From the NCBI GenBank assembly GCA_964434885.1, contig CAYSWQ010000006.1, forward strand, positions 1 through 41,681: DNA of 41,681 nucleotides, written 5' to 3'. The notes under the pieces are model-generated. The model saw only the letters and a program-made list of their open reading frames with translations, was not told the origin of the DNA and searched no databases. Positions 29,669 to 39,152 of the stretch are shown piece after piece (the first letter of the stretch is position 1; each line of letters opens with the position of its first letter). The stretch comes from an uncultured Methanosarcinales archaeon (lineage in GTDB: Archaea; Nanobdellota; Nanobdellia; Woesearchaeales; GW2011-AR9). The position numbers and the translations under genes were made by a program.

Positions 29669-30880
29669 TCATACTCTTCCCCTTAACTTCTCCGCCACTA
29701 AAATCTTCTCAATCGCTACAATATAGGCTTGGGTTCTAAAATCATAATCACCACCAGAATACTTTTCCCAAATTTTATCAAAAGCATTTACCATTTTTTC
29801 TTTCAACCTTGTTTTAACTGTCTCTTCATCCCAATAATATCCATAATTATTTTGAACCCATTCAAAATAAGAAACCGTAACTCCCCCTGAATTAGCTAAA
29901 ATGTCTGGTAACACTAAAATATTTTTGGAGAGTAATATTTCATCAGCTTCAGGCGTAGTAGGACCATTAGCTAACTCCACAATTATTTTTGTTCTAATTC
30001 CTTCTGCATTTTCTTTAGTTATTTGATTACTCAAAGCTGAAGGAACCAAAATATCACATTCTAATTTCAATAATTCTTCATTAGATATCTTTGATCCACC
30101 AGTATAATTAGTTACTGAACCACTACTCTTCTTATCTCTAATCACTTCAGCAATATCTAAACCTTCTGGATTAAAAATTCCTCCTTGTGAATCAGAAACC
30201 CCAATAATTTGATAATCTAAACCATATAATATTTTAGCCATATTCATTCCAGCATTACCAAAACCTTGAATCACTACTTTTTTCTCAGCCAATTCAATCT
30301 TCTTTGCTGCTTCTACTAAAACATAAACTCCTCCTAAAGCAGTTGCAATATCTCTAACTAATGAACCACCCAATTCTAAAGGTTTTCCAGTAATTACCCC
30401 TGGTGCTTTTTCACCAGTTAATTTCTCATACTCATCCATCATCCACGCCATAATTTGTGGAGTAGTATAAACATCTGGGGCAGGAATATCTTTAGTCGGA
30501 CCAATTTCTTTATGAAACGCTTGTATCCACTTCCGACTCAATTCTTCAATTTCAGAAACACTCAACTCCTTAGGATTAACTGTAATTCCTCCTTTTCCCC
30601 CTCCAAAAGGAACATCTGCTACTGCACATTTGATTCCCATCCAAAAAGCCAAAGCCTTAACTTCATCTAAATTAACTTCAGGATGATATCTTATTCCTCC
30701 TTTTGTAGGCCCACGAGCATCATTAAACTGTACTCGATACGCAGGATATTTCTTACCACTTACTTCTAACTCAGCTTGATGTACTCGAGCTGGGTTCTTC
30801 AATAATTGTAACTCTGATTCACTCAAAACCATTGCTTGTCCAATCTTATCTAAAAAACTAATTATATTTGCAAATTCCAT
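29669..30880 (-). CDS. gdhA: Glutamate dehydrogenase
   Basis: RGPTKGGIRYH, GGGKGG, DIPAPDV, QGFGNAG, ELANGP, NSGGVTVSYFEW. Confidence 0.96.
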   Translation of the reverse strand: MEFANIISFLDKIGQAMVLSESELQLLKNPARVHQAELEVSGKKYPAYRVQFNDARGPTKGGIRYHPEVNLDEVKALAFWMGIKCAVADVPFGGGKGGITVNPKELSVSEIEELSRKWIQAFHKEIGPTKDIPAPDVYTTPQIMAWMMDEYEKLTGEKAPGVITGKPLELGGSLVRDIATALGGVYVLVEAAKKIELAEKKVVIQGFGNAGMNMAKILYGLDYQIIGVSDSQGGIFNPEGLDIAEVIRDKKSSGSVTNYTGGSKISNEELLKLECDILVPSALSNQITKENAEGIRTKIIVELANGPTTPEADEILLSKNILVLPDILANSGGVTVSYFEWVQNNYGYYWDEETVKTRLKEKMVNAFDKIWEKYSGGDYDFRTQAYIVAIEKILVAEKLRGRV

Positions 30881-30926
30881 ACTATTTTAGTATTTCAAAA
30901 CTTTATAAATATTTATATTTTTAAGA

Positions 30927-31087
30927 GGCTCTGTAAAATTGCTTTTTAAAGCATCAATTCACGAAGCAGTACTTTGAAAATAACATTGTCTCCGGAGGGG
31001 GTTGTCCCATCCGGGGAGGAGCCGGATTTGAAAAATACATCCAAAGAGCGTAGTCCGATGCTTTAATTTTAGCATTTCTACGGAGCC
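30927..31087. mobile_element. MITE-B (161 bp), imperfect TIR GGCTC(T/C)GTA..., 9-bp TSD TTTTTAAGA
   Basis: Left GGCTCTGTAAAATTGCT versus right reverse complement GGCTCCGTAGAAATGCT; TTTTTAAGA at 30918-30926 and 31088-31096. Confidence 0.82.
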
Positions 31088-31132
31088 TTTTTAAGAAATA
31101 AATAAGAAGAAAAAACAATAAAAAAATAAAAA

Positions 31133-32617
31133 TTACTTAACAACTAAATTACCCTTCAAAGAACCTCCTTGAACAGTTCCATACTTATCACAGTAAGAAC
31201 CACATTTAAACTCAAAAGTTCCAGCTTTACTAGCAGTAAAAGTAACTGTTTCCGAAGCACCTTTCTTAACTTCTTTATTCACATTGAAATCAGATAGAAC
31301 AAATTTGAAGTCAATATCTGCACTACTTAAAGTTACTTTCACAGTATCTCCTTTGTTAACAGTTAATGAGTTAGCATCAAATCTCCATTTCTTTGCTACC
31401 ACATTAAATGTTTTAGTTGCTGCTGCAGGTTTAGTTACAGTTGTTCCAGCAGTGTTAGCTGTAGTTCCAGTAGTAGTTGTAGTTCCAGCTGCTGCTTTCA
31501 AAGCTGCTTCAATCTCTTGTTTAAATACAGAGTAAGGTTGAGCTCCAGAAATCATCTTACCATTGATAAAGAAAGCTGGAGTTCCAGAAACACCTGCTTT
31601 TTGACCATCAGCAAAATCTTTCTCTACTTCTGCTTTGTGTTTATTGGTATCTACACAAGTATTAAATTTAGTTGTATCCAATCCTAAATCTTTAGCCCAC
31701 TTTTTATAATTAGCAGCACTTAAACTAGCTTGGTTCTTAAACAACAAATCGTGGTATTCCCAATATTTTCCTTGATCTCCTGCACATTCTGCTGCCTCTG
31801 CCGCAGGTTTAGCTTGGTCATGAAAACCTAATGGGAAATCTCTAAAAACATATTTTACTTTTCCAGTATCAACATATTCTTTAAGAATCTGTGCATATGC
31901 TCCATCTACAAATCTCTTACAGAAAGGACATTGGTATTCAGAAAATTCAATAATTGTTACTGGTGCATCTTTCTTACCTTTCATTGCATCATCATCTACA
32001 GAAACATCAACTTTCTTAGCTTGAGCTGTTCCAGTTGTAGTTCCAGCATCTTGAGTTGGCAATTTCTTAGTTGTATCAAATCCTTGTGGAAAAAACAATT
32101 TCCCGTCTTTAGTAATGTAAGAATCAACAGTTTGTCCAGCCACATCAACAGTTACTTGATACATACTTCCAACATCTTTAGAAGATTTCACAGTTGCAGT
32201 AAAAGGTGCTTGCAACAAATTAGTGTTAATATAATCTAAAGCTGTCTTTTCTGCTTGTGCTTTAGTTAATGAAGTCCCAGTAGCTGCCCCAGTAATTGTG
32301 GAAGCTCCAGTAAAATCAAAACCATTTGTATAAACTGCAGCCACTAACAAAATCAACAATATTCCTGAAATAATTTTCCACGTTGAACCTGGTTTAGATT
32401 CTTCATCGTCATCATCAAAATTCCAAGAATTATCTGGTTCAGCAGCAGGAGTTGTTTTCTCAGCTACTTTTTCTTCTGTTTTTACTTCGGTTTTACCATT
32501 ATCCATTATCTCTTCTGCATCATTTGTTTTTTCTACAACTTCTTCATTTTCATATTCTACAGAATTATCTTTCACATTCTCTTTTTTTTCAACATCATCT
32601 AATTGTTTTTGATCCAT
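31133..32617 (-). CDS. Membrane-anchored DsbA-family thiol oxidoreductase fused to a cupredoxin-like domain
   Basis: FSEYQCPFC, FRDFPL, GVSGTPAFFING; C-terminal FDANSLTVNKGDTV...AGTFEFKCGSYC. Confidence 0.9.
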   Translation of the reverse strand: MDQKQLDDVEKKENVKDNSVEYENEEVVEKTNDAEEIMDNGKTEVKTEEKVAEKTTPAAEPDNSWNFDDDDEESKPGSTWKIISGILLILLVAAVYTNGFDFTGASTITGAATGTSLTKAQAEKTALDYINTNLLQAPFTATVKSSKDVGSMYQVTVDVAGQTVDSYITKDGKLFFPQGFDTTKKLPTQDAGTTTGTAQAKKVDVSVDDDAMKGKKDAPVTIIEFSEYQCPFCKRFVDGAYAQILKEYVDTGKVKYVFRDFPLGFHDQAKPAAEAAECAGDQGKYWEYHDLLFKNQASLSAANYKKWAKDLGLDTTKFNTCVDTNKHKAEVEKDFADGQKAGVSGTPAFFINGKMISGAQPYSVFKQEIEAALKAAAGTTTTTGTTANTAGTTVTKPAAATKTFNVVAKKWRFDANSLTVNKGDTVKVTLSSADIDFKFVLSDFNVNKEVKKGASETVTFTASKAGTFEFKCGSYCDKYGTVQGGSLKGNLVVK

Positions 32618-32945
32618 TATTAAATCACCTATCTAATATTATTACTTTCTCTCATAGGAAATCATTAATTTATAAATATTTAGGTAATCTACTAGATAAA
32701 ATGTTAAATTTAGTCATCAACTTGAGACGAAAAAATAAATTATTACACAAGAATTAAATACTTAAGTAAAAAAAATAAAAATTATAGGAATTGAAAAAAA
32801 ATTCAAAAAACAAACTAAAAAACCAGAGGAAGTTAAACCACTCGCTTCTTGGATCATAAAAGAAAGACTAGATAAAGGCAAAGGAGTATACATTCCTGCT
32901 TTGGGAGTAGAAATTTATAAAAAAGAAATAAAATATATTAATTAA

Positions 32946-33374
32946 TCACTTCTTCTTTCTTTTCACAGTTTTCTTCTTAACTACTTTCTTTTTTACTTTT
33001 TTCTTCACTGCTTTCTTCACTGTTTTTTTCTTTGGTTTACAAGACGCACACCCTTTCTTTACTACTTTATTAATCTCTTTTTCTACAAACTTAGTTATAT
33101 TCTTCCGAGATTTATCTGCTTCACTGTAAATACTCTTCACTAGCTTTCTACCTTCTTTTTCATTAATATGTCCTTTCTTAACTAAATCTTTAGCAAACCT
33201 TTCTGCTTTATCTTTAGCAAAAGAAGCCAAACCAACTCCAATCAATAATCCTTTTTTCATTAACTCTTTTTTCATTTTTAACACCTCTAAATTTTTTGGT
33301 TTTTTAACAAAACCATAAACATCATAACCTAACTTAACCGTTCCTGCAACTTTAATTATTTTTCTTAAAACCAT
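32946..33374 (-). CDS. Phasin-like protein with Lys-rich tail
   Basis: KKGLLIGVGLASFAKDKAERFAKDLVKKGHINEKEGRKLV (phasin-like); KK-rich C-terminus; internal SD-preceded ATG at 33275. Confidence 0.7.
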   Translation of the reverse strand: MVLRKIIKVAGTVKLGYDVYGFVKKPKNLEVLKMKKELMKKGLLIGVGLASFAKDKAERFAKDLVKKGHINEKEGRKLVKSIYSEADKSRKNITKFVEKEINKVVKKGCASCKPKKKTVKKAVKKKVKKKVVKKKTVKRKKK

Positions 33375-33385
33375 TTTCTAACAAT

Positions 33386-35044
33386 TTATCTTGCTTTTTT
33401 AACAAAAATTGTTCTTTTCACTAACCACAACCCTAATATCGCAGCAATACTAAAACCGGCAACATAAACATAAGTCAAAGCACTAGTTTGCATAATTAAA
33501 CTAGAACCTACAATTAATGCTGCTACAATCAATCCCAAAGCTAAATTACCAGATGATCTTTCAATCTCTAAAGTCAAACTATTAATATCTGCATCTTCTA
33601 AATCTACATTCAATCTAAATTTCTTAGCTTTTTCCAAAATCTCTTTTGCTGTATCTGGGAAATTCTCAGCTAAATCTTTATACTTATTTATGTTTGTTTG
33701 AGTTCGATCAATAACTTCCTTTGCAAAAAATTTGTAATTCATTAATTTATTCAAAATTACTTTAGATTCTTTTTCAAAATCAAAATCTGGCTGATAACGT
33801 AATGCAATCCCTTCAATAATTCCGACTGTCTTACCATATAAAACAAAATCTTCCGGAATATGTAAATGATGTTTATTTACTAAAGACAATGTTTCTCTCA
33901 AAATCGGACCCACTTGAATATTTGACAAAGACGAACATTGTAAATGCTCGAAAATATCTTTAATTTCTTCTGTAAATGCATCCACATCAATATCACTCCG
34001 TGGATTCATCTTTAAAAATATTTTAGCTGTTTTCTCTGGATCATTATTAATAAAACTTTGAAATAAATCTAAAGCATGTCTTTTCAATTTCTTATCAAAA
34101 TGACCAATAATACCAAAATCAAGAAAGGCCAATTTTCCATCTTTTAATACTAATATATTTCCAGGATGAGGATCTGCATGGAAAAAACCATCAATAAAAA
34201 CTTGTTTCAACATCACATAATAACCATTCCTGATTACTTTTTTCAAATTAATCTTAGCTTCCTTAATTCTTTCTGCATCATGTAATGGGATTCCTTCAAT
34301 AAATTCCATCACTAGGACTTTATCTGTAGAAACATTAGAATAAATTTTTGGAATCTTCAAAACTTTACTATTACGGAAATTCTTAGCAATTCTCTGAGCA
34401 AAACATGCTTCGATCTCAAAATTTAATTCTTTCAAAGTCCATCTTTCAAATTCATGGATAATTCCACGCAAATGATAATTTTTTAAGTTTGGAAAATGTT
34501 CACTCAACAGTTCTGCAATTTTATACATTAATTCAATATCTTCCAGCATCCGCTTCCTAATTTCTGGCCTTTGTACTTTAACTGCCACAATATTCTTTCC
34601 CATCTTCGCTTTGTAAACTTGAGAAATTGAAGCCGAAGCAACTGGTTTCTTAGAAAAAGAATTAAATAATTTGTCAATTGGTTTTCCCAATTCAGTCTCA
34701 ATGATCTTCCTAGCAACTGGAAAAGGAAATTGGGGCACTTCATCCTGCATTTTTTCAAACTCAACAATAAATTCCGGAGGAACTAAATCTGGCCTTAATG
34801 ATAACATCTGTCCAAATTTAATAAAACTTGGACCTAATTTCTCAAAAGCTCTTCTCAACCTTACTGGATGACTATTCTCTTTCTCCCTCGCAATTCTCGC
34901 CTTAATTCTTTCTTTAAATGGCAAATGGGGATGTAATTTAAGTTTAGAAATAAAATAGCCAAATTCTTCTTCAAAAAAAACCTTTAACAACTCCTCTAAT
35001 CTTTCTCGGTGTTTTTGGTTTTTAATAATATCATATAAAGTCAT
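33386..35044 (-). CDS. ABC1/UbiB/AarF-family atypical kinase
   Basis: LGPSFIKFGQMLS, ASASISQVY, VAVKVQRP, FFHADPHPGN, LDFG; C-terminal TMs. Confidence 0.95.
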   Translation of the reverse strand: MTLYDIIKNQKHRERLEELLKVFFEEEFGYFISKLKLHPHLPFKERIKARIAREKENSHPVRLRRAFEKLGPSFIKFGQMLSLRPDLVPPEFIVEFEKMQDEVPQFPFPVARKIIETELGKPIDKLFNSFSKKPVASASISQVYKAKMGKNIVAVKVQRPEIRKRMLEDIELMYKIAELLSEHFPNLKNYHLRGIIHEFERWTLKELNFEIEACFAQRIAKNFRNSKVLKIPKIYSNVSTDKVLVMEFIEGIPLHDAERIKEAKINLKKVIRNGYYVMLKQVFIDGFFHADPHPGNILVLKDGKLAFLDFGIIGHFDKKLKRHALDLFQSFINNDPEKTAKIFLKMNPRSDIDVDAFTEEIKDIFEHLQCSSLSNIQVGPILRETLSLVNKHHLHIPEDFVLYGKTVGIIEGIALRYQPDFDFEKESKVILNKLMNYKFFAKEVIDRTQTNINKYKDLAENFPDTAKEILEKAKKFRLNVDLEDADINSLTLEIERSSGNLALGLIVAALIVGSSLIMQTSALTYVYVAGFSIAAILGLWLVKRTIFVKKAR

Positions 35045-35082
35045 TTTCCCCTTTTTAATACTTATTGACTAAGTAAGATTTA

Positions 35083-35805
35083 TTATTTTTTAAAGGTTGT
35101 TGTTTTACTAGCTAAATTCTTCTTAATCAATCTAATTATCTCTGATTCATGACCCGCACCAACCACCGCTACAATTTTACTTTCAGGTTCTTTAAACATT
35201 AAATTAGAAAGATTTTTCGCTAAAACTTCATTCCTTTCTTTAACCAAAACTTTATGAATATTTGGATATCTTTTCTTCATTTGTAAAATTAATTTTTTAA
35301 TCAACTTCTCTTCTGGAACTTTAGTTAAATCAAAACCCATCAACCCATATTTCTTCATTTCTCTTTTCTTAAACAATAACCCTCTTATCAAATCCCCAAC
35401 CACTCTAAATTTTTCTTTCCAAGTAAATTCTTGTGAAAATCTTCGTAAAGTAATCTCAATCGGTTGATCAACCAAAGCAATCTTCAAATTTCTAGCCCTA
35501 GCTAAATCAATTGCTACTTTCATCTCTGAACCTGGTTCCATTTTCACTATTTTTCCTAACTTTTTTTGAATATATGCACCAATTAAAGCAAAAAGATACC
35601 CTTTTACTCCAATTTTCAATATACTAGAAAAACCAACTTTCCTTTTTTTCTTCTCCATCAAAGCCACAAATCGAGTTTGATCTAACTCCACTGCCACAAT
35701 CTCAGGATGAATCACTTCAATAGCCTTAGTAACTTCTTGCACACTCTGCTCAGAAATATGCGAAGTCCCAACTAAAGTTAAATTTTGAAATATTTTCATA
35801 AACAA
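35083..35805 (-). CDS. TraB/PrgY/GumN-family protein
   Basis: VGTSHIS, VAVELD, GSEM, ITLRR, ERN, VVGAGH. Confidence 0.9.
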   Translation of the reverse strand: MFMKIFQNLTLVGTSHISEQSVQEVTKAIEVIHPEIVAVELDQTRFVALMEKKKRKVGFSSILKIGVKGYLFALIGAYIQKKLGKIVKMEPGSEMKVAIDLARARNLKIALVDQPIEITLRRFSQEFTWKEKFRVVGDLIRGLLFKKREMKKYGLMGFDLTKVPEEKLIKKLILQMKKRYPNIHKVLVKERNEVLAKNLSNLMFKEPESKIVAVVGAGHESEIIRLIKKNLASKTTTFKK

Positions 35806-35884
35806 CTAAAAGAACTAATTGGATATAAATGTTCTGCTTTTAAACCACAACAAAAAATATAAATCTAATCACTTTTTTGTAATT

Positions 35885-36442
35885 ATGGATTTAAGGAAAA
35901 AAATAATTGTTGAAATTATTAATCTAATTAAAGAAAAACATGAAAAAGAATTTTATGGACATTTACAATTTGTAGCAAAAATAGGATTGCACCTATCCAA
36001 AAAATATAAAACTGATCCATTGGTAATAGAAATCTCTTGCTTACTTCATGATTTAGGTCGAAGACAAGAAAATGAAAATGAAAACCATGCTCAGGCCAGT
36101 TATCGTTTAGTAAAACCATTCTTAGAAAAGTTCCAACTATCTAATCAACAAAAAAAATTAATCTTACAAAGTATACTTAATCATCAAGGTCAAGAAATTC
36201 CAAAATCAATAGAAGAAGCAATTGTTATTACTGCAGATGCTTCTTCCAAAGTTCTTTATCATGAAGCTTTCATGTTGCTCTGTAAAAAAAATAATTATCA
36301 AGATCGGTTAAAATGGGGGTTAAAATATCTAGAAAAAGGATTTCATTCCATTGTCTTCCCTGATTTTAAGGAGAAAGTTAGACCCAAATATGAATATTTA
36401 AAAGAAATCTATTCTTTAGTTAACCAAAATGATTACATTTAA
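35885..36442 (+). CDS. HD-domain phosphohydrolase
   Basis: H...LLHDLG...NH...ILNH...ITAD; ATG at 35885 preferred over the TTG at 35819. Confidence 0.85.
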   Translation: MDLRKKIIVEIINLIKEKHEKEFYGHLQFVAKIGLHLSKKYKTDPLVIEISCLLHDLGRRQENENENHAQASYRLVKPFLEKFQLSNQQKKLILQSILNHQGQEIPKSIEEAIVITADASSKVLYHEAFMLLCKKNNYQDRLKWGLKYLEKGFHSIVFPDFKEKVRPKYEYLKEIYSLVNQNDYI

Positions 36443-36560
36443 TAATTATTCTGAGGATTATTAGTTCTCAAAAAATTCATTTTCGCAACCATTTTATAGG
36501 AATTCATATTTTCATATAAAAACAAACATATTTTGTTAAAAAATTAATCGAGGTGGAAAA

Positions 36561-36794
36561 ATGTTTGGTCACAAAGATGGTAAAATTGGAATTTTAATTA
36601 CTAATACACTGGTTGATGTGGGGGCTGTTAAAGCAGAGCTAAATGAGGCATTAGAATCTGAAAAATATTCAAAAGAAGAACTTAGAGCTATTATTAAACA
36701 CAACGTAAAAAGATTAAATGAAGCTTATGAAAAATTAACAAAAATTGTTGATGTTGAAAGAAAAATAATAGATATTTTCAAAAAAGAATTTTAA
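36561..36794 (+). CDS. Small helical hypothetical protein
   Basis: GAGGTG SD upstream; 77-aa coiled-coil-like ORF. Confidence 0.7.
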   Translation: MFGHKDGKIGILITNTLVDVGAVKAELNEALESEKYSKEELRAIIKHNVKRLNEAYEKLTKIVDVERKIIDIFKKEF

Positions 36795-36811
36795 TTTTTT
36801 TCTATTATTTC

Positions 36812-37162
36812 GGCTTCATCCAGAATAACACATTTCTGTATACTGTGTGCATGAAAATAAACAGAGATTTATTTTCAGCACTGAAAACAAATAGTTTTTT
36901 GTTTTCATGTGCCGGCGCGGGGATTTTGTGAGTAGCGCAAGAAGGGATGCTCTGCTTCCTTCTGCGCTGAAGGGAAAACTATTCCTTCATGCGCCAAAGG
37001 AGGCACATTTTTGTGAGAAATGAAAAAACTATTTCATTTATCATTAGAAACGCGAAGTCGTTTCTTTATGGGTTTACGAACAAAAATCCAGGTGCCATGC
37101 CCTACTCACAAAATGCGCCTCTTGCAGGCAGTATACAGATTTACTCTATTCTGGATGAAGCC
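36812..37162. mobile_element. MITE-C (351 bp), perfect 16-bp TIR GGCTTCATCCAGAATA, 9-bp TSD (T/C)ATTATTTC
   Basis: TIRs 36812-36827 / 37147-37162; flanks TATTATTTC 36803-36811 and CATTATTTC 37163-37171; second stem TCTGTATACTG/CAGTATACAGA. Confidence 0.88.
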
Positions 37163-37206
37163 CATTATTTCAAAACATTTTTATAAAACAATAAAATAAT
37201 CCTAAC

Positions 37207-37485
37207 ATGAAATTAACTCCAACAGAATATAGGCTCTTAAAAGAAAGAGTTATCCGCGAATACAAAACTAAACACGAAAAAAGAAAAAAGAACAATTCTG
37301 CTTACCTTAAATTCAAAAAAAAATTAAAACGAGTAATGCCCTTAAACCTTTTAGTTGGTTTTGCTGCTTGTGTAGTTCTAATTTACATCAACGGTTGGAG
37401 AATGTTAGGATATCTTATGCTCTCTGGAATAATCTGGCTAACTTTAATCACTACTTTAGTTTCTGTTTTTCTAGAATCTAAATAA
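37207..37485 (+). CDS. Small 2-TM membrane protein
   Basis: Basic N-terminus and two hydrophobic helices. Confidence 0.7.
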   Translation: MKLTPTEYRLLKERVIREYKTKHEKRKKNNSAYLKFKKKLKRVMPLNLLVGFAACVVLIYINGWRMLGYLMLSGIIWLTLITTLVSVFLESK

Positions 37486-37488
37486 CCA

Positions 37489-38310
37489 TCATTTAAGATT
37501 TAGGTCTTTTCTTACCTTATCATAATATTTATGATCTCCCAAATGAAACTCAATATAGATAGAATTCTTCACTTTCAAATCAACTATTTCAAACAAATCC
37601 ATCAACTTTAACGGCATCGTCTCTGTTTTACCCAATATAAAAAAACCTCTTTGATTCAAACTATTATAAAATTTAAGAATCAATTTTTCTTGAATCGCAG
37701 AAGATAAATATATTCCCACATTACGGAAACTAATCAAATCAAAATGAGTTGGAAATTCATCATTTAACAAATCATGTTGCAAAAATCTAATTTTGTCTTT
37801 CAATTCTTCATTTACTTTCACTTTTTTCTCATCAAACACGAAATTATGTTGAAATTTATTCGGAACACCACCAACTCTTTGAATATGGTACTCTCCTTTT
37901 TTAGCTTTCAACAAAGCTTTTTCACTCATATCTGTCCCAGTAACAGAATAAACAAAATTATCCAAATCGGAACCAAACACTGCTTTCAACAAAATACTTA
38001 AACTATATGTTTCTTCACCAGCCGCACAACCTGCACTCCAAAAACGAATTATCTTCGCATTCTTTTTTTCCTTTTCTTTCTTAATTTGAGGAAGAATATT
38101 TTTTTCTAAAACATCAAACATTTCTCTATCACGAAAAAATTCACTGGTTTGAATAGAAAGTAATTCCTTTAATTCTCTTACTTCTTGACCAAAATTATTT
38201 TGAAATGCTTCAACCTTCTTCTCGAGAAAAACACTTTTATAACCACTAAGATCAACACCAAAATTTTGATTTATTTCTTCTAAAACAAATTTTTTATCAG
38301 AACTAAGCAT
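37489..38310 (-). CDS. cheR: CheR-type protein-glutamate O-methyltransferase
   Basis: TSEFFRD, WSAGCAAGEETYSL, GTDMS, HDLL, FDLISFRNVGIY, LGKTE. Confidence 0.92.
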   Translation of the reverse strand: MLSSDKKFVLEEINQNFGVDLSGYKSVFLEKKVEAFQNNFGQEVRELKELLSIQTSEFFRDREMFDVLEKNILPQIKKEKEKKNAKIIRFWSAGCAAGEETYSLSILLKAVFGSDLDNFVYSVTGTDMSEKALLKAKKGEYHIQRVGGVPNKFQHNFVFDEKKVKVNEELKDKIRFLQHDLLNDEFPTHFDLISFRNVGIYLSSAIQEKLILKFYNSLNQRGFFILGKTETMPLKLMDLFEIVDLKVKNSIYIEFHLGDHKYYDKVRKDLNLK

Positions 38311-38641
38311 TTTTTTCTTGCAAAACTCCTTGCAAGGCTCTTCTTAAAGAATCATAATACACTAACAACTCCGACAAAATTTTCTCAGTAATTATCCCTT
38401 CATTTTCAGCCGTGCATTTAGTAACAATATAATTGATCTTACAAGCAAGATAAGCCAAAAGATATTTTTTTGCTAATAAAGAATCCCCTTCTAAACCATG
38501 GGAAGAAATTAACAAACTATTAATTGCCTCTTTATCAATATTATTAATTTTGATTTTTTCTAAAGCCAAGCCAATCCTTTGAAGATTTTTTTGAGACTCC
38601 TCCAAAAACATATTCATTAATTCAATATTAATTTCTCCCAT
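38303..38641 (-). CDS. Stand-alone Hpt (CheA P1-like) domain protein
   Basis: MFLEESQKNL...AINSLLISSHGLEGDS resembles the CheA P1 FLEE...lfRxxHtLKG motif. Confidence 0.72.
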   Translation of the reverse strand: MGEINIELMNMFLEESQKNLQRIGLALEKIKINNIDKEAINSLLISSHGLEGDSLLAKKYLLAYLACKINYIVTKCTAENEGIITEKILSELLVYYDSLRRALQGVLQEKNA

Positions 38642-38692
38642 CTTCTAATTAACTCCAATCTTAACTCCATATTTAATCCAACTAAACATGAA

Positions 38693-39067
38693 TCATTTCA
38701 TCAACAATATTTTCTTAATCTTATTTACTAAAAAATCTCCATCAAAAGGTTTTTGGATAAATTCTAACACCCCTAATTTTTCTAAATCCTTATAATCATC
38801 TTTACTCAATAGAGCCACCGTAAAAAAAACTAAACGAGAATTTTTAGTTTTGGGATCTTTTCTCACTTCTTTACAAAACTCCTTACCATTCATTCCTGGC
38901 ATGAAAAAATCAACCAACACCAAATCTGCTTTTTTCTTTTTCAGTTCTTCTAAACCTGCTTTAGCATTCAAAACAGTCCTAACCTCAAATCCTTCTTTTG
39001 TCAATAAATCAGAAACAACTTTACCAATGTATTTTTCATCATCCACAACCAATATATTTTTTGCCAT
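38693..39067 (-). CDS. Single-domain response regulator
   Basis: ILVVDDE, LVDFFMPGMNG, FT, QKPF. Confidence 0.93.
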   Translation of the reverse strand: MAKNILVVDDEKYIGKVVSDLLTKEGFEVRTVLNAKAGLEELKKKKADLVLVDFFMPGMNGKEFCKEVRKDPKTKNSRLVFFTVALLSKDDYKDLEKLGVLEFIQKPFDGDFLVNKIKKILLMK

Positions 39068-39152
39068 CTTAAAACCCCTTCATAGTTAAATATAATTTTC
39101 TCAATTCAATATCTAAGCAAGTTTATCGAAGTTTAAATAATTTACTATTAAA

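Noticed and set aside
30960..31070. tRNA, SRP or RNase P RNA in the GC-rich islands
   Set aside because: No TTCGA T-loop or cloverleaf, no recognisable SRP or RNase P signature; TIR plus TSD explain the boundaries better.
36989..37186. 65-aa ORF inside MITE-C
   Set aside because: Lies in palindromic non-coding structure, crosses the TIR and shows no recognisable motif.
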